This document shows positions 49,397-61,089 of a stretch of 64,000 nt of DNA, piece by piece; the stretch's first letter is position 1; each line of letters begins with the position of its first letter. The position numbers and the translations under genes are program-made. The notes under the pieces are model-generated. The model saw only the letters and a list, made by a program, of their open reading frames with translations, made no database searches and had not been told where the DNA came from. The stretch lies in NCBI GenBank assembly GCA_016712025.1, contig JADJRW010000009.1, positions 16,066 through 80,065 of the forward strand. The letters are read 5' to 3'. This stretch comes from Flavobacteriales bacterium. Lineage in GTDB: Bacteria; Bacteroidota; Bacteroidia; Flavobacteriales_F; PHOS-HE28.

Positions 49397-50093
49397 ATGA
49401 GCCTCCTGAAAACCCAGAACCTCTCCAAAGTCTACCGCACGGACACGGTGGAAACCACCGCGCTGAACGCAGTCGACATCTCGATCGGCCAAGGCGAGTT
49501 CGTCGCGATCATGGGCCCGAGCGGCTGCGGCAAGTCAACGCTGTTGAACATCATCGGCCTGCTCGACTCGCCCAGCAGTGGCAGCTACTTCGTGAGCGGC
49601 GAGGACGTGAGCGGCTACAACGAGCGCAAGCGCGCCGAGGTCCGCAAGAACACCATCGGCTTCGTGTTCCAGAGCTTCAACCTGATCGATGAACTGACCG
49701 TTGCGGAGAACATCGAGTTGCCATTGATCTACACGGGCCTCGGGAAGACCGAGCGCAAGCAGCGCACACTCGCTGCCATGGAGCGCATGAACATAGAGCA
49801 CCGCGCGAAGCACTTTCCGCAGCAGCTCAGTGGTGGCCAGCAGCAACGTGTGGCCATCGCCCGCGCCGTGGTGAACAACCCCAAGCTCATCCTCGCGGAT
49901 GAACCGACCGGGCAACCTGGACAGCGCCATGGGCGAAGAGGTGATGAACCTGCTGACCGAGTTGAACAAAGCCGGCACCACGATCATCATCGTAACGCAC
50001 AGCCTGCGCGATGCGGGATACGCGCAGCGCACGATCAAGCTGCTGGACGGGAAGGTGGTGGCGGGGGATGTTCCGGCGAGCGCGTTGCTCTGA
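49397..50093 (+). CDS. ABC transporter ATP-binding protein (MacB/LolD-like), one apparent frameshift near 49910
   Basis: Walker [10 protein letters not shown], signature [14 protein letters not shown], Walker B ILADEPTG. Then a switch to the frame of ORF 49899..50093 ([14 protein letters not shown]...IIIVTHS). Confidence 0.85.
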
Positions 50094-50105
50094 TCCCGCG
50101 TCCAC

Positions 50106-52542
50106 ATGTTCCAGAATTATCTCCTCATCGCCTGGCGCACCCTCAAGCGCGACAAGCTCTTCGCGGCCCTGAACATCATCGGGCTCGCCATCGGCATCGT
50201 GGCATGCATGCTCATCTACATCTATGTGCAGGATGAACTGAGCTTCGATGCGCACCATGCGAAGGCCGACCGCATCTACCGCGTACAAGCGCACTACAAG
50301 TTCGGCGACACCCAGGACGATTTCGGGATCACGCCCTTCCCGATCATGGAGGCGCTGCTGAAGGAATACCCCGACATCGAGAGCGGTGTTTCGCTTTACC
50401 AGCTCGGGCAGACGACGCTTGAATACGAAGGCAAGCCATACATCGCGGAGGACGGCTACAACGCCGACACCAGTTTCTTCCGCGCCTTCGATTTCACCTT
50501 CGTGAAGGGCGACATCACGGCGCTCGACGAGCCGGACAACATCGTCATCATGCAAGAGATGGCCACGCGCATGTTCGGCGATGAAGAGCCCATCGGCAAG
50601 ATGGTCCACGCGCAACACGCGCACACTGAAGGTGGCCGGCGTGATCGATGAGAAGGCGGAGAACACGCACATCCCGATGGGTGTGTTCATGAGCCGGCTC
50701 GGCATGCCGCCGCAGGCGAAGGAGCAGCTCGGACAGAGCTGGGGCAACAACAGCAGCTTCAATTACCTGGTGCTTGGGCCGGGTGTGAACGAGAAGGACT
50801 TCCAGAGCAAGATGGACGCGTTCGTCACCAAGTACATCATCCCGGCCTGGGGCGGACAGGATTTCCATGGCGAGATCAGCTTCAACCTGGAGCCGCTGCG
50901 CGAAGTACACTTCAACAACGACCTCATCTACGACACGCCGAAGAAGGGCAACAAGGCCTACGTCACGCTCTTCGCCATCGTGGCGGTGCTCATCCTCGCC
51001 ATCGCGTGCATCAACTACATCAACATGAGCACGGCCGATGCCACGCGCCGCGCCAAGGAGGTGGCGCTGCGGAAGGTGAGCGGCGCGCAACGCGGCCAGT
51101 TGGTGGCACAGTTCATCGGCGGCAGCGTGATGATCGCCATCATCGGCATCCTGGTCGCGCTCGTCCTCTTGTGGCTCTGCCTGCCTGCGTTCAACACGAT
51201 CACGGAGAAGGAGATCGGCATGGGCTACCTGTTGCGCGGCAGCTTCTTCGCCGTGGTCATGCTCATCGTGCTGCTCATCGGTGTTGTCGCCGGCAGCTAT
51301 CCGGCCTTCTTCCTCTCGCGCTTCTCACCGCAACTGCTGCTGAAGGAAGGCGTGGCCAGCGGGGCAGGGAAGGGGCGTGTGCGCAAGGTGCTCATGGGCG
51401 CGCAGTTCGCCATCGCGCTCTTCATGGTCGTGGGAACGCTCGCCGTCTTCGCACAACTGCACTGGTTGCGTACCAGCGACATGGGCTTCCGCAAAGAGAA
51501 CCTGCTCAGCATCACCATGCCGCAACCGCGCGGCGAGGATACCCTCGCGTGGGATGCGCTGCGTCCCGTGAAGCTGGAGATGATGCGCGAGAACTTCGTC
51601 ACCGGTGCCTCCTTCGCGCAGAGCCTGCCCGGCCAGAGCGGCGGCCGTTGGGTGCTTCAGGTGAACACGCCCGAAGGTCGCATCGACAAGCCGATGCCCA
51701 CGCTCAACGTGGATGCCGACTTCCCCGAACTGCTCGGCCTGGAACTGGCGGCGGGCCGCTACTTCGACCCCAAGATCCCCAGCGACGCGGAGACCGCCGT
51801 GGTCGTGAACGAGAGCGCGGTGAAGGCCTTCGGCTGGAAGGACCCGCTCGCCGAGAAGATCTACATACCTGGCGATGCGCAGGCCTCTCCACCCCAGCCC
51901 GATCAGGAACTGATGGTGATCGGCGTGGTCAAGGATTTCCACTACGCCAGTATGCACTCGCCCATAGAGCCGTTGTGCATGTTCCAAAGCAGCCAGCGCT
52001 ACGGCGTGCAGAATCTGGTGCTGCGTCTTGCGCCCGGTGATGTGGGCGCGCAGCTCGCCACCTTGCGGAAGCGCTGGAGCACCCTGCGGCCGAACGACGA
52101 TTGGGACGCGATCTTCCTCACCGACAGCATCGCGCAACTCTACCAGGCCGAGGATAAACTCTTCCGCGTGTTCTCCGCATTCGCCGTGCTCACCATCCTG
52201 CTCACCATCATGGGCCTCTATGGCCTCGCCTATTTCACCGCGAAGCAACGCACGCGTGAGATCGGCATCCGCCGTGTGATGGGCGCTCCGCTCTTCGACA
52301 TCGTGCGCCGCATGAACCGCGAATTCGTGGTGCTGCTCGGCCTCGCGTTGCTCGTCGCCTTTCCGCTGGCGTTCTATGCCATCGGTCGCTGGCTGGAGAC
52401 CTTCGCGTACCACACGGACATCTCGCCGGTGCTCTACGCGGCGGCGTTGTTGCTCACGCTCTTCGTCACCGTGCTCACGGTAAGTGTGCAGGCCTATAGG
52501 GCCGCAATGGCGGATCCGGTGAAGGCGTTGCGATACGAATAA
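50106..52542 (+). CDS. ABC transporter permease, FtsX/MacB family (~810 aa), one apparent frameshift near 50600
   Basis: MacB_PCD-like periplasmic domains and two FtsX 4-TM modules (…RKVSGAQRGQLVAQFIGGS… and …RRVMGAPLFDIVRRMNREF…), split between ORFs 50106..50651 and 50581..52542. Confidence 0.8.
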
Positions 52543-52544
52543 CC

Positions 52545-54954
52545 ATGCTGAAGAACATCCTCCTCACCTCGTTGCGCAACCTCGCGCGCAACAAGCTCTA
52601 CACGCTCATCAACCTGCTGGGCCTGGCCACGGGCATCGCGTGCTTCGTGCTCATCGGTCTGTACGTCGATCATGAGCGCAGCTTCGATCGCTTCGTTCCC
52701 AAGGCCGATCAAGTCTACCGCGTGGTGGGCGAGATCGAGATGGAAGGGCAGGGCGAGCACAGCAGCAGCATGGTCTTCGGCCTCGGGCCAACGCTGTCCT
52801 CGGACCATCCGGAACTGATCGAGCGCTATTGCCGCTGGTTCGATTTCCAAGCCCCACAGCACTCCTTGAAGGTGGGCGACAGCCTCAGCACGGACAAGCT
52901 CTTCACCGAGACCGGTCTCTACCTGGTGGACAGCACGGTGTTCGACATCTTCAACTACCCGCTGCTGGTGGGCGATCCGAAGACCGCACTGACGAAGCCC
53001 GGTAGCATCGTGCTCTCGCAGGCGCTCGCGAAGAAGTACTTCGGCAATGCCGACCCGATGGGCCAGATGATGAAATGGGACAACGCCATGGACGTGCAGG
53101 TCACCGGCATCCTGGGCGAGATCCCACGCAACTCGCACATCAACTTCGAAGGGCTGGTCTCCTTCAACACCATTACGCAGTTCTGGCAGAACATCGAGAA
53201 GAACAACTGGGTGTGGAACCCGTGCTGGACCTACGTGCGACTGAAGGATGGCATCAGCGCAGCGGAAGTGAACAGGATCTTCCCCGACTTCATCCAGAAG
53301 TACTACCCCGACTTCCTGAAAGACCAGATCGGCCATGAGCTGCAGCCGTTGCTGGACATCCACCTCACCTCGAAGCTCGACTTCGAGATGCACCAGAACG
53401 GCGATGCGGGCAGCGTGAACATCCTCTGGGTGATCGGCTTCTTCATCATCCTGCTGGCCAGCGTGAACTTCATGAACCTCGCCACGGCACGCAGCGCCTA
53501 TCGGGCGCGTGAAGTGGGCGTGCGGAAGTCGGCGGGTGCCACGCGCGGGCAGTTGATCGGGCAGTTCCTGTTGGAGAGCGTGCTGATGAGTTTGATCGCG
53601 GCGGTGATCGCGTTGGTGCTGATCCAGTTGTTGATGCCGGCCTTCAACGAACTCGCTGGCGAGGTGATCGCACTGCCGCGGATGTTGGTGCCGGGTGTGT
53701 TGGGCATCGCCGTGATCGTCGGGCTGTTGAGCGGGATCTATCCCGCCTTCTTCCTTTCCTCCTTCCAACCGGTCGTCGTGTTGAAAGGCAACACCGGTGG
53801 CACCTCGCGCGGGCAAGCGTTGCGGAAGTCGCTCGTGGTGGTGCAGTTCGCCATCGCGCTGGTGCTGATCATCGGTACCGTGTTCGTGAAGAAGCAACAC
53901 GACCACCTCCGCACGGTGGATCTCGGATTCAACAAGGAACAGGTGCTGCTGATCCCCGTGCGCGCACCCATGGCCGATGTGTACAACGCCGTCTTCCCCG
54001 GAGCTGAAGAACATCAGCGGTGTGAAGAGCGTGTCGTGGGCGAACGACATCATCGGCAAGAAGCACAACACGCACGAGTTCAATTGGGGCACGATGGAGC
54101 AGGGCAAGTGGACCTACCTGCCCGCACTGTACGTGACACCTGATTTCAAGGATGTGATGGACATCGAACTATTGGCCGGGCGCTGGTTCTCGCGCGAATT
54201 TTCAGGCGATGATTCGCTGAGCGTGATCGTGAACGAGACGTTCGCGCGGCAGACGCACCCGGATGATCCCGCCAAAGCGATCGGCGACCGGATGGACACG
54301 CCGCACGGCGATGAACGGGTGATCGGCGTAACGAAGGACTTCTCCTTCGACCCGCTGTTCAAGGCCGTCCAGCCCTTCGTCTTCGACATGTGCCAGCCGG
54401 ACGACACCCACCAATGGATCCAATACCTATACCTGCGTTTGGAATCAGGCGATCCCGCACCAGTGATCGCTGCGGCGAAGGAGAAGTGGAACGCACGCAC
54501 CACGGACTTCCCCTTCGAGTACCAGTTCCTGGATGAGCAGCTCGACGGGCAGTACGAAGCACAGGGCCGCCTGGCGAAACTGATCGGCATCTTCTCGTTG
54601 CTCGCGGTGTTCATCGCGTGCCTGGGTTTGTTCGCGCTCGCCTCATGGACCGCCGAGAAGCGCACGCGCGAGATCGGCATCCGGAAAGTGATGGGTGCGG
54701 ATACCGTGCGCATCACCTACCTCGTCACCCGCGATTTCCTGCTGTTGGTGTTCGTCGGCGCGGTCGTGGCCATGCCGCTGGCCTGGTTCGGCGTGGGCCG
54801 CTGGCTGGAGAACTTCGCGTTCCGCACGGCGATCGAACCGCTGGTGTTCATTCTCGCGGCGCTGGTGGTGTTGATGATCGCGACGTTCACCGTGAGCTTC
54901 CGGGCGGTGCGCGCGGCCCAGACGGATCCGGTGCGGGCCCTTCGTCACGAATAA
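52545..54954 (+). CDS. ABC transporter permease, FtsX/MacB family (~800 aa), one apparent frameshift near 53995
   Basis: Same architecture as the preceding permease (…RKSAGATRGQLIGQFLLES… and …RKVMGADTVRITYLVTRDF…), split between ORFs 52545..54143 and 53977..54954. Confidence 0.8.
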
Positions 54955-54965
54955 CACAACTGAGA

Positions 54966-55475
54966 ATGGACCGCAGACACTTCCTATCCACCACCGCGCT
55001 CGGCCTTCCGCTGATCGGCAGCGGTGCGCTCTTCACACAGGACATGGCGAAGCCTCCCAAGCCAGCGCAATTGCCGGCAGAGCTCGTGAAGGCCTTCGTA
55101 TCCGCGGGCCACAACAACTTGCCGGAGGTGCAACGCATGCTGAAGGTGCAGCCGGGATTGCTGAACGCCTGCTGGGACCTCGGCGGCGGCGACTTCGAAA
55201 CGGCGCTGGAAGGAGCTGGGCACGTGGGTGATCGCGAGATCGCGGAGTACCTCATCGGTCAAGGTGCGCGCGCGAACATCTTCGTGCTCACCATGCTCGG
55301 GCACACGGCGGTCGTGAAGGGCCTACTGTCGCTCCATCCGCATCTGCTTCGTTCGAAAGGCCCACATGGCTTTACACTTTTACACCACGCGCAACGCGGT
55401 GGCGAACCTGCGACGGAGTTGCTGGATCACATCAAGGGGCTTGGGCTCACGGAGACGAAGCTGGCGCTGCCGTGA
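54966..55475 (+). CDS. Tat-signal ankyrin-repeat protein (169 aa)
   Basis: Twin-arginine motif MDRRHFLSTTALGLPLIGSGALF. Ankyrin-like repeats (GDFETALEGAGHVGDREIAEYLIGQGARANI...GHTAVVKGLL...GFTLLHHAQRGG). The ORF-track extension to 54618 overlaps the permease. Confidence 0.7.
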   Translation: MDRRHFLSTTALGLPLIGSGALFTQDMAKPPKPAQLPAELVKAFVSAGHNNLPEVQRMLKVQPGLLNACWDLGGGDFETALEGAGHVGDREIAEYLIGQGARANIFVLTMLGHTAVVKGLLSLHPHLLRSKGPHGFTLLHHAQRGGEPATELLDHIKGLGLTETKLALP

Positions 55476-55492
55476 GCCAAGTGGCGGTTGTA

Positions 55493-57196
55493 CTATCTCG
55501 CCACACCCACGCCCTCCTTCTCCAACTCCCCCACGATCCTCGCCGCATTCGCGTTCTTCGGATCCATTGAAAGCGCGCGTTTGTAGTTGATCAACGCCAT
55601 CTCCTTGTTGCCCATCTTCAAGCATGCTTCCGCATAACTGTCATAAACATTGGCGCTTTCGCCATGGAGTATCATGTTCACAAAGAAGACATCCTGCCCT
55701 TGCTTCAGCTGGCCGTCGTTCATGAGTTCGTAACCGAGGAAGTTCAGGCGCTCCTCGCTCACCATTTCGTCCGCCTGGTTGGCGGCCTTCAGGTCAGCAT
55801 AGGCTTTTGCCGCCTCGTCGCGCTTACCTCGCATGATCAGCTCGAAGGGGATGTGTTCATCCTCCTTCATACGCCGCAGGGTGGAGAAGTCCTTGGCGTC
55901 GATGGCATCCATCACCTGCACGGTCATTTCGCCGGTAGAGTCTTTTGCGAACCTCCGGTATCGCTCGTCCAAGCGGCTCACGAACACATTGTCGCCGATG
56001 TGCACAAGTTCGCCAGCCTCCTGGCGCAACGGTTGACGGATCAGCTTGCCACCACGCCGCGTGATGGTGACCAGATCATCGCTGCCCACGCGGTAGCGGC
56101 CGGTGAATGCATCCAGCGCCGTGCTATCCAACGGTTGGGCTTTCCGCACGGGTACGAACTCTGGCCAGTCGTAGGCGCGTGCGATCGAGCGCACCACCTC
56201 GCCCATGAAGTCGGGCTCATTCGCGTTGATGAGGATCACCGCGCCCTTTCCGTTCTCGACATGTCCGACGATCCAACCACAGAAGCCCTCGTTCCAGCCA
56301 CCGTGATCGAAGTAGCGCTCGCCCTTCTTGTCCTCGATGGTAAGGCCCACGGCAGCGTGCGGCTCCACGAAGGGCTCCACCATCTGCATGGCCGTGGCGC
56401 GGCTCAACACCTTGCCGCTATCACTGGTGATGGTCTTCTGCAGGTCGATGACGAAGTGCGCGAGGTCGGTGGCGGTGGTCCAGAGGCCATCGGGCGAGAG
56501 TTCGGGGTACACGTGCCACTTGCCCTTCACAGCCGACCGGTCGGGCAGGTATCCCGTCGCGGCATTGTGGTTCCATGCTTCCGGCAGCGGCTGCTGGTAG
56601 GTACTGCGCGACATGCCAAGGGGATCCAGGACGAGATCGTGCATGTGTTGCGGGATGCTTCCGCCCTTCGCGTCGAGGATGAGTTGCGACACGACGCAAT
56701 AGCCACCACCCGAGTAGCGCCATGAGCTGCCAGGAGTCTGGTCCACGACGATCGCGGGGGAGTTCGACGGTGCTTCGCCGTTCAGGATGTTCAGCAGCGA
56801 TGGAAGCGGTTCGCCCACCGCGTAACCTTCGAACCCGTGCACGGTGGTCCCGGCCACGTGGCCCAGCAACCGTTTCAGCGTGACCTTCTCCGTTGCGGTG
56901 AACGCGTTCTCAGGGAGCTTCCACGACGTGAGCGTGGCGTTCACGTCCTCATCGAGCTTCACTGCGCCCAACTCCGCGAGTTTCAGCACGGCCATGGTGA
57001 ACACCGGTTTGCTGATGGACGCGGCCTGGAACAAGGTGCTGTCCGTTACAGGGCGCATGCTGGTGGTGTCCATCACGCCGTAGCTCTTCGTCCATGCGAT
57101 CTTGAAGTCATCGATCACAGCGATGCTCATGCCTGGAACACCGAAGTGCTTCATGCGTTCTTCGATCGTCCAGGTGCTGTCGCCTTCGATCACCAA
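55493..57196 (-). CDS. Serine hydrolase of the beta-lactamase/transpeptidase fold (class-C-like) with C-terminal TPR-like extension; N-terminus or signal peptide not resolved
   Basis: SxxK motif (FQAASISKPV), YxN-like and HxG-like regions. C-terminal ~120 aa is TPR-like. The ORF-track start is a TTG. The upstream 330 bp contain no clean signal peptide in frame, so there may be a frameshift. Confidence 0.7.
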   Translation of the reverse strand: MVIEGDSTWTIEERMKHFGVPGMSIAVIDDFKIAWTKSYGVMDTTSMRPVTDSTLFQAASISKPVFTMAVLKLAELGAVKLDEDVNATLTSWKLPENAFTATEKVTLKRLLGHVAGTTVHGFEGYAVGEPLPSLLNILNGEAPSNSPAIVVDQTPGSSWRYSGGGYCVVSQLILDAKGGSIPQHMHDLVLDPLGMSRSTYQQPLPEAWNHNAATGYLPDRSAVKGKWHVYPELSPDGLWTTATDLAHFVIDLQKTITSDSGKVLSRATAMQMVEPFVEPHAAVGLTIEDKKGERYFDHGGWNEGFCGWIVGHVENGKGAVILINANEPDFMGEVVRSIARAYDWPEFVPVRKAQPLDSTALDAFTGRYRVGSDDLVTITRRGGKLIRQPLRQEAGELVHIGDNVFVSRLDERYRRFAKDSTGEMTVQVMDAIDAKDFSTLRRMKEDEHIPFELIMRGKRDEAAKAYADLKAANQADEMVSEERLNFLGYELMNDGQLKQGQDVFFVNMILHGESANVYDSYAEACLKMGNKEMALINYKRALSMDPKNANAARIVGELEKEGVGVAR

Positions 57197-57527
57197 CGGC
57201 GTACAGAGGCCGGTTTCCGCGTGGCGGATGAGGAACGCATTCGGATCCTCGGTGCGCGTGGGGTGCTGCAGGCCGAGAACAGCAGGGTGGCTATGAAAGA
57301 GGTTGGTGGCGCATGAGATGATGTGGATGCCGCGAAGGTGGGCCGGATCGGGCTCCGAACCACGGCAGCTCGAGGCGATGGTGCGCTATCAGGGCTTGTC
57401 GCGCCCCGCGAAGCGCTCCTTGCCCACGAAGAAACCGATCGCCCGCGCCACGTTCTTCTAGATCACCTCCTCGCTTTTCATGGCGGCGAAGGTTGCGCCG
57501 ATCCAGCCGTGAATGACCGCGCTACCC

Positions 57528-58031
57528 CTACGGCAACGGCCAGTCGAAGCGGTACACCAATGCCTCCGCGAAATTCTCCGCCCGTCCATCCTTCCAATAG
57601 CGGCCACCGTTCTTCTCGATCACCCGTTGGCTGGCGGTGTTGCCACGTGCGATCTTGGAAGCGATGTAGTGAAGCTGGTGCTTGATGAACGCAAGATCCA
57701 GCATCGCGCGCACCGCTTCGCTCGCAAAGCCCTGGTCCCAATGTTCGCGCAACAGGCGGTAACCCATCAGCACTTCGCCATCGGCATAGCGCCGCAGGCT
57801 GCAACGGCCGATCCAAACGCCCTCCTTGCTCTCGATCGCCCAACGGCCGATGCCGCGCGGCAGTTGGCGTGGGATGTCCAGGATCCAATGGCGTGCGGCA
57901 TGCACGTCCGCAAAGGGCTCATCATGCACATAACGCAACACTTCGGGATCGCTGTTGAGAAGCAGGATCATCTCCGCATCGCGCTCTTCCAAACCGCGTA
58001 GCACAAGTCGATCCGTGGTGGTGTCGATCAT
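57528..58031 (-). CDS. GNAT-family N-acetyltransferase (RimJ/RimL-like)
   Basis: 167 aa. Motif A region (VWIGRCSLRRY...QGFASEAVRAMLDLAF) and C-terminal ...ASQRVIEKNGG. Confidence 0.8.
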   Translation of the reverse strand: MIDTTTDRLVLRGLEERDAEMILLLNSDPEVLRYVHDEPFADVHAARHWILDIPRQLPRGIGRWAIESKEGVWIGRCSLRRYADGEVLMGYRLLREHWDQGFASEAVRAMLDLAFIKHQLHYIASKIARGNTASQRVIEKNGGRYWKDGRAENFAEALVYRFDWPLP

Positions 58032-58034
58032 GTC

Positions 58035-58715
58035 CTACCGGAACAGCTCGATCACTTCCCCTTGCTCAGGAATGATGAACCGGCAATTGGTGCAGGGCGC
58101 CTTTACGTCCACGCCCGCGAATTCGTCCTTGGTATGGTGGTACATGATCACCGTGCGCGCCCCGATGGTGCGACCGCTCTTGTTGATTGCGGTGATCAGC
58201 CAGGGCGTTACGAAGGCCACATCGATACCCTGCGTATCGAGCAGCGGTTTCGGATCCTCGGTGTCGCCGGTGAAGTAGAGCCTGCGCCCGTTCGCGGCCA
58301 CGAGGTAGGAGTTGTGCGGCAGGTCAGCGTGCGGTGTGGGCAGTGGATACACGTAGATCCCGCGTGCCTCCAGTTTGGCCAGCACTGCTGCGCGATCCGC
58401 TTCGGGTTGATCGGCGGCGATCAGCTCCAACTTGCTCGCGCTGAAGAGGGCATGGTCGAAATGATCCCGATGCGCATGCGTGATCAGCGCGGTGCCCTTG
58501 GCCGTGTTGAAGCCTTCCGGCAGTGCGTAGCTGCTATAGCCTGAATAGCCGCTCTCATAGGGGAAGTCCGAGTAGATGGTCCAGTCCGTGAGGTCGATCC
58601 GGAACGCACAATTTCCCAGGAAGGTGGCCTTGGTCGGTTGCGCCATCACGGACGGATGGACTAGGCACAGCGCAAAAAGGGTAAGCAGATGGAAGGTCTT
58701 AGGAAGGCGTCGCAT
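58035..58715 (-). CDS. Secreted MBL-fold metallo-hydrolase
   Basis: Signal peptide MRRLPKTFHLLTLFALCLVHPSVMA. HxHxDH motif (THAHRDHF). Downstream His/Asp ligand positions. Confidence 0.8.
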   Translation of the reverse strand: MRRLPKTFHLLTLFALCLVHPSVMAQPTKATFLGNCAFRIDLTDWTIYSDFPYESGYSGYSSYALPEGFNTAKGTALITHAHRDHFDHALFSASKLELIAADQPEADRAAVLAKLEARGIYVYPLPTPHADLPHNSYLVAANGRRLYFTGDTEDPKPLLDTQGIDVAFVTPWLITAINKSGRTIGARTVIMYHHTKDEFAGVDVKAPCTNCRFIIPEQGEVIELFR

Positions 58716-58807
58716 GCCGCGAAGTTCGCCGATCGGCGAAACCGGAAAGCGAGCGGCGGCGACCCTGGTCCCAAAACCAGCATCGCCGCCGAGGCCTTGG
58801 CAACCGC

Positions 58808-59866
58808 CTATCGCGCTATCACGAAGGTGGAACGCTGACGGTGCTCCGCCGCGATCGCCACCAAATGATACACGCCGGGTGCGAGTGCCGTTGTGTTCAG
58901 GTCCATGCGCATCGCGCCCACGACGCGTTCGATGATCACGGTGCGACCCAAGGCGTCAACCACTTGGAGTTCCTCGGTGGCGCTGTTCAGCAGTTCCACG
59001 GTCAATCGGTCGCTCGCGGGGTTCGGGTAAAGGCCCTGCACCAATTGTTGCTGCACCGGGCGCAGTCCGTTCGAGAGGCAGCCGGAAGGGAGGAGTGAAC
59101 ACGCGCTTTCGTCGTTCGCGAAGATCAATTCCACCACGTTCATATCCACCGCGTTGGTGCCACCGGAATTGGGCGGCTCACCGGCGCTCAGGTAATACAG
59201 ATTGATGTCCCCGAAGCCGACGATACCCCCGCTATTGCCAGGCAATTGAGCAGGTTGGAAAATGAAACCAAAATTCGTGCATACCGTGTAGTCCGGCGTG
59301 GATCCGTTAAGGTTGCCGGTGGCTACCAGTCGGTTTCCCGGTGGAACCCCGTCCATACACTTGTATGCGTTGCCCTGGATGTTGATGCAATCCTCTGGCG
59401 AGTTGGACTCCCATCCCACCACGTTCGGCGTGCCGGAGATGGCGATAAAGGGCTCCACGTTCGGTGTGATGCTCAGTCCGGTGTACGCGCTCACCATGGT
59501 GGCGGCCGCGAGCGAGGCGATCTCGCAGCAACTCACTTCGTACTGCAGAAGCACCTTGCCTCCGTTGGACAGGAACACCTGCACTTGGGCGTTAAGGCTG
59601 CTGCGGTCCTGGTTGCCATAGAAGCACAACCAGTGGAATCCGTTCACCGGATCCTCGCATGCGGTCACGAAGTTCGCGGGCAGCGTGGTGGCACCCATCG
59701 CGGACTCTACCACGGTATGGCCCAGGCTCTGTATCGCCGTGATCAGTTCGGGATCCGCCGAGTTGTACCCCGTGGAATTCATGATGTACACCCGGTCGGC
59801 GTGTACGTATTGCACACCGGCCAAGGCCAGTGCGGAGAGAAACAGACGCGCGTATCGTTTTGTCAT
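58808..59866 (-). CDS. Cys-rich secreted protein with T9SS C-terminal sorting domain (paralog a)
   Basis: Signal peptide MTKRYARLFLSALALAGVQYVHA. C-terminal LYPNPASDRLTVELLNSATEELQVVDALGRTV...GVYHLVAIAAEHRQRSTFVIAR is a T9SS CTD. ~45% identical to the next gene. Confidence 0.65.
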   Translation of the reverse strand: MTKRYARLFLSALALAGVQYVHADRVYIMNSTGYNSADPELITAIQSLGHTVVESAMGATTLPANFVTACEDPVNGFHWLCFYGNQDRSSLNAQVQVFLSNGGKVLLQYEVSCCEIASLAAATMVSAYTGLSITPNVEPFIAISGTPNVVGWESNSPEDCINIQGNAYKCMDGVPPGNRLVATGNLNGSTPDYTVCTNFGFIFQPAQLPGNSGGIVGFGDINLYYLSAGEPPNSGGTNAVDMNVVELIFANDESACSLLPSGCLSNGLRPVQQQLVQGLYPNPASDRLTVELLNSATEELQVVDALGRTVIIERVVGAMRMDLNTTALAPGVYHLVAIAAEHRQRSTFVIAR

Positions 59867-59990
59867 GGTCGCAAGTGTTGAGTTGTGCAACCAAGTTAGC
59901 AGGTTGCGTTCCATATGCCGACCATGCTATAACGAAGGTTATAGGCGCCGGGGCTGAGGTGGCCCCGTCCCCGATGGGTCACGCCCAACG

Positions 59991-61037
59991 TCAACGCGCG
60001 ACCACGAAAGAGGTGCGTTCGCGAACGGAACTGCCTATGGCCAGCACCTGGTAGGCTCCGGGCGCGAGCTGGCCGATGTCCACCGTGATCCGAGCAGTGG
60101 CACCGGACCGCTCGCTCTTCACGAGGCGTCCCATTGCGTCGAGGATGTCGATCCGTTCCACATTCGCCGCTTGCAGTTCGATGGTGAGTTGTTCGTTCGC
60201 GGGGTTCGGGTAGACCGTTCCGATCAGCGGTGTGTTCCGATCTCTCAGGCCGTTGGAGCCCGAAAGACAACCCACAGGAAGCAGTGAACAACCGCTGGTG
60301 GGCGTAGGGAAGACCAAGGACACCACCGCCATATCCACGGGCTGTGTGCCGAGGTTGTTCGGTGGTTCGCCCGCGTTCTGGTACCAGAGGTTCACATCAC
60401 CGAAGCCGATGATCCCTCCGCTTCCGTTGGGCAGGTCGCCTGGGCTGAACACAAAGCCGAACACCGGGCAGGTGGTATGATCGAGCGAACCACCGTTCAA
60501 CGTGGCCGTGGCCAGGAGCTGGTTCGCAACGGGGACACCGTCCATGCATCTGTAGGCGTTACCCGCCACTTGCAAGCAACCCTCCACGGAATTGGCTTCC
60601 CAAGCCGGGTTCCCGCCGAGGGCGATGTAGGAGGCCGGGTTTTCTATGATGGGTTGGCCGGTGAGCGCGTTCGCGATGCTGGCGCTGCTCAGTGCGGAGG
60701 CAGTGCAACAATCCACTTCCCATTGCAGGTAGATCTTGCCGCCTAGGTCGAGGTAGATCTGGAGGTCCGGCAAAAGGGCCACGCGGTTCTCCACGCCGAA
60801 GAAGCAGAGCCAGTCATACCCGTTCACCGGATCCACGCAGGTGGTGGTGAACCCCACCGGCAACGAGGTCGCGTTGTTCGGGGCCACGTCCACGGTGTGG
60901 CCCAGGCTCTGAATGGCGGTGACCAATTCCGGATCGCATTGGTTGAAGCCTGTGCCGGGCATGACGTAGATCCGTTCCGCAGTGACGGTCGCAGCGGTGA
61001 AGCACAGGGTGAGCAAGAGCGCGTAACGAGTCAGCAT
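59991..61037 (-). CDS. Cys-rich secreted protein with T9SS C-terminal sorting domain (paralog b)
   Basis: Signal peptide MLTRYALLLTLCFTAATVTA. Conserved blocks are shared with paralog a (DPEL(I/V)TAIQSLGHTV, WLCF(Y/F)G, CMDGVP, GG(I)(V/I)GFGD(I/V)NL(Y/W)Y, GEPPN). T9SS CTD present. Confidence 0.65.
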   Translation of the reverse strand: MLTRYALLLTLCFTAATVTAERIYVMPGTGFNQCDPELVTAIQSLGHTVDVAPNNATSLPVGFTTTCVDPVNGYDWLCFFGVENRVALLPDLQIYLDLGGKIYLQWEVDCCTASALSSASIANALTGQPIIENPASYIALGGNPAWEANSVEGCLQVAGNAYRCMDGVPVANQLLATATLNGGSLDHTTCPVFGFVFSPGDLPNGSGGIIGFGDVNLWYQNAGEPPNNLGTQPVDMAVVSLVFPTPTSGCSLLPVGCLSGSNGLRDRNTPLIGTVYPNPANEQLTIELQAANVERIDILDAMGRLVKSERSGATARITVDIGQLAPGAYQVLAIGSSVRERTSFVVAR

Positions 61038-61089
61038 GGGGGGGCAGGTCGGTACAAGATAGCCCAAGTGCCTTTCACCACCACGCCCG

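Noticed and set aside
55471-55495. A single AGCCAAGTGGCGG site (box-like half-site) just after the ankyrin gene stop
   Set aside because: Only one repeat copy with no partner 20-21 bp away. It lies between two convergent gene ends rather than in a promoter, so it is probably chance.
56837-57316. Plus-strand ORF 56837..57316 and minus-strand ORF 57478..57888
   Set aside because: They overlap the beta-lactamase-fold gene and the GNAT gene respectively on the opposite strand. The translations are featureless.
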